Below, piece by piece: positions 63,153-64,000 of a stretch of DNA of 64,000 nt. Source of the DNA: an uncultured cyanobacterium. Lineage in GTDB: Bacteria; Cyanobacteriota; Cyanobacteriia; Cyanobacteriales; CAWCAG01. The notes beneath the pieces were generated by a model. It had not been told where the DNA came from. It did not search any database and worked only from the letters and a program-made list of their open reading frames with translations. The stretch is taken from positions 64,001 to 128,000 of the forward strand of contig CAWDOD010000007.1 of the NCBI GenBank assembly GCA_963803805.1, in the 5' to 3' direction. The stretch's first letter is position 1; each line of letters starts with the position of its first letter. The position numbers were made by a program, and so were the translations under genes.

Positions 63153-64000
63153 TTGCAGACACTAACTTCGCAAGTTAAGCAAACAGATTTTCCTGCCAGT
63201 ATCTTCCACTTAGATAATGGTTTAACAATTATTCATCAGCACATCGCCGCAACCCCTGTGGTAGTAGCAGATGTTTGGGTAAAGGCTGGGGCGATGAGAG
63301 AACCCCAGGAATGGTCAGGAATGGCTCATTTCCTAGAGCATATGGTCTTCAAAGGGACAAAACGTGTTGCTCCGGGAATATTTGACCAAGTAATTGAAAG
63401 TCGCGGTGGCACTACAAACGCTGCAACAGGTCATGACTACGCCCATTTCTATTTAACCACAGCATCTACTTACCTAGCTGATACATTACCTCACTTAGGG
63501 GAAATTCTTCTTCAAGCAGAAATTGCCGAGGTCGAATTTATTCGGGAACGAGAGGTGGTAATAGAAGAAATGTACTCTTGTTACGATGATCCAGATTGGT
63601 TGGGTTTCCAAGCTTTATGCAACACCCTTTACCAATGCCATCCCTACGGACGTTCTATTTTAGGGGAAGAAGAACAGTTAAAAGGTTATACCCCAAACCA
63701 AATGCGCTGTTTCCATGCTTCCCACTATCAACCGGAGAATATAACAGTCTCCATTGTGGGGGGAGTCTGCCAAGAAGAAGCTTTATCTTTAGCTACAGAA
63801 GCTTTTAGCAACTTTAAACCCCGTTCAGAATGTCCTCCCTCCTTAGTAGAAGCAGAACCCCCCTTAACAGGAAATCGCCGTAGAGAACTGCATTTACCTC
63901 GCTTAGAACAAGCAAGGTTGTTAATGGGCTGGATGGGACCAGGAGTAGGGGAAACGATTGGTAGCTTAATAGATATTAAGTCTAAATCTCCCCTTAAAGA
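63153..64000 (+). CDS. M16 (pitrilysin/insulinase) peptidase, 3' end outside window; absent from the ORF track
   Basis: From TTG 63153: ...LDNGLTII..VVADVWVKAG..E...GMAHFLEHMVFKG (HxxEH); frame open to window end. Confidence 0.92.
   Translation, partial: MQTLTSQVKQTDFPASIFHLDNGLTIIHQHIAATPVVVADVWVKAGAMREPQEWSGMAHFLEHMVFKGTKRVAPGIFDQVIESRGGTTNAATGHDYAHFYLTTASTYLADTLPHLGEILLQAEIAEVEFIREREVVIEEMYSCYDDPDWLGFQALCNTLYQCHPYGRSILGEEEQLKGYTPNQMRCFHASHYQPENITVSIVGGVCQEEALSLATEAFSNFKPRSECPPSLVEAEPPLTGNRRRELHLPRLEQARLLMGWMGPGVGETIGSLIDIKSKSPLK

Noticed and set aside
63596-63808. 70-aa ORF from the track
   Set aside because: Out-of-frame shadow within the M16 peptidase gene that runs off the window

Overview
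AT-rich (roughly 40% GC by eye) cyanobacterial chromosomal segment: frequent HIP1 octamers GCGATCGC, chlG/chlL/chlN, cyanobacterial hfq-dapF, CdgR/ComFB and an SLH-OprB porin. Housekeeping blocks (lysS-KTSC, dapF, queA, chlG, moeA, chlLN) alternate with a large cell-surface region at about 13-37 kb. That region holds a GT-C/GT2 glycosylation cluster, an LRR protein, a Tat-exported caspase, a four-gene DUF11/beta-barrel operon and a TPS-adhesin-CHAT fusion. A tightly coupled MNT-HEPN + kinase-ankyrin + ankyrin + kinase operon lies at 57.6-62.8 kb. The best candidate for an uncharacterised system is the DUF11 operon: its major subunit has a DUF11 domain split between its two termini, consistent with a donor-strand, possibly isopeptide-crosslinked filament on an outer-membrane barrel (inference). 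Second is an unannotated ~280-nt structured transcript at ~49.7-50.0 kb with a perfect Shine-Dalgarno and a 23-codon ORF. Several genes carry single-base frameshifts, many at GGCC/GATC motifs; these look like sequencing or assembly errors rather than pseudogenes. A 162-bp MITE with an 8-bp target-site duplication, two IS1 remnants and several small dispersed repeat families are present. No rRNA, tRNA or CRISPR array was seen. All family assignments come from motif recognition, not database searches.
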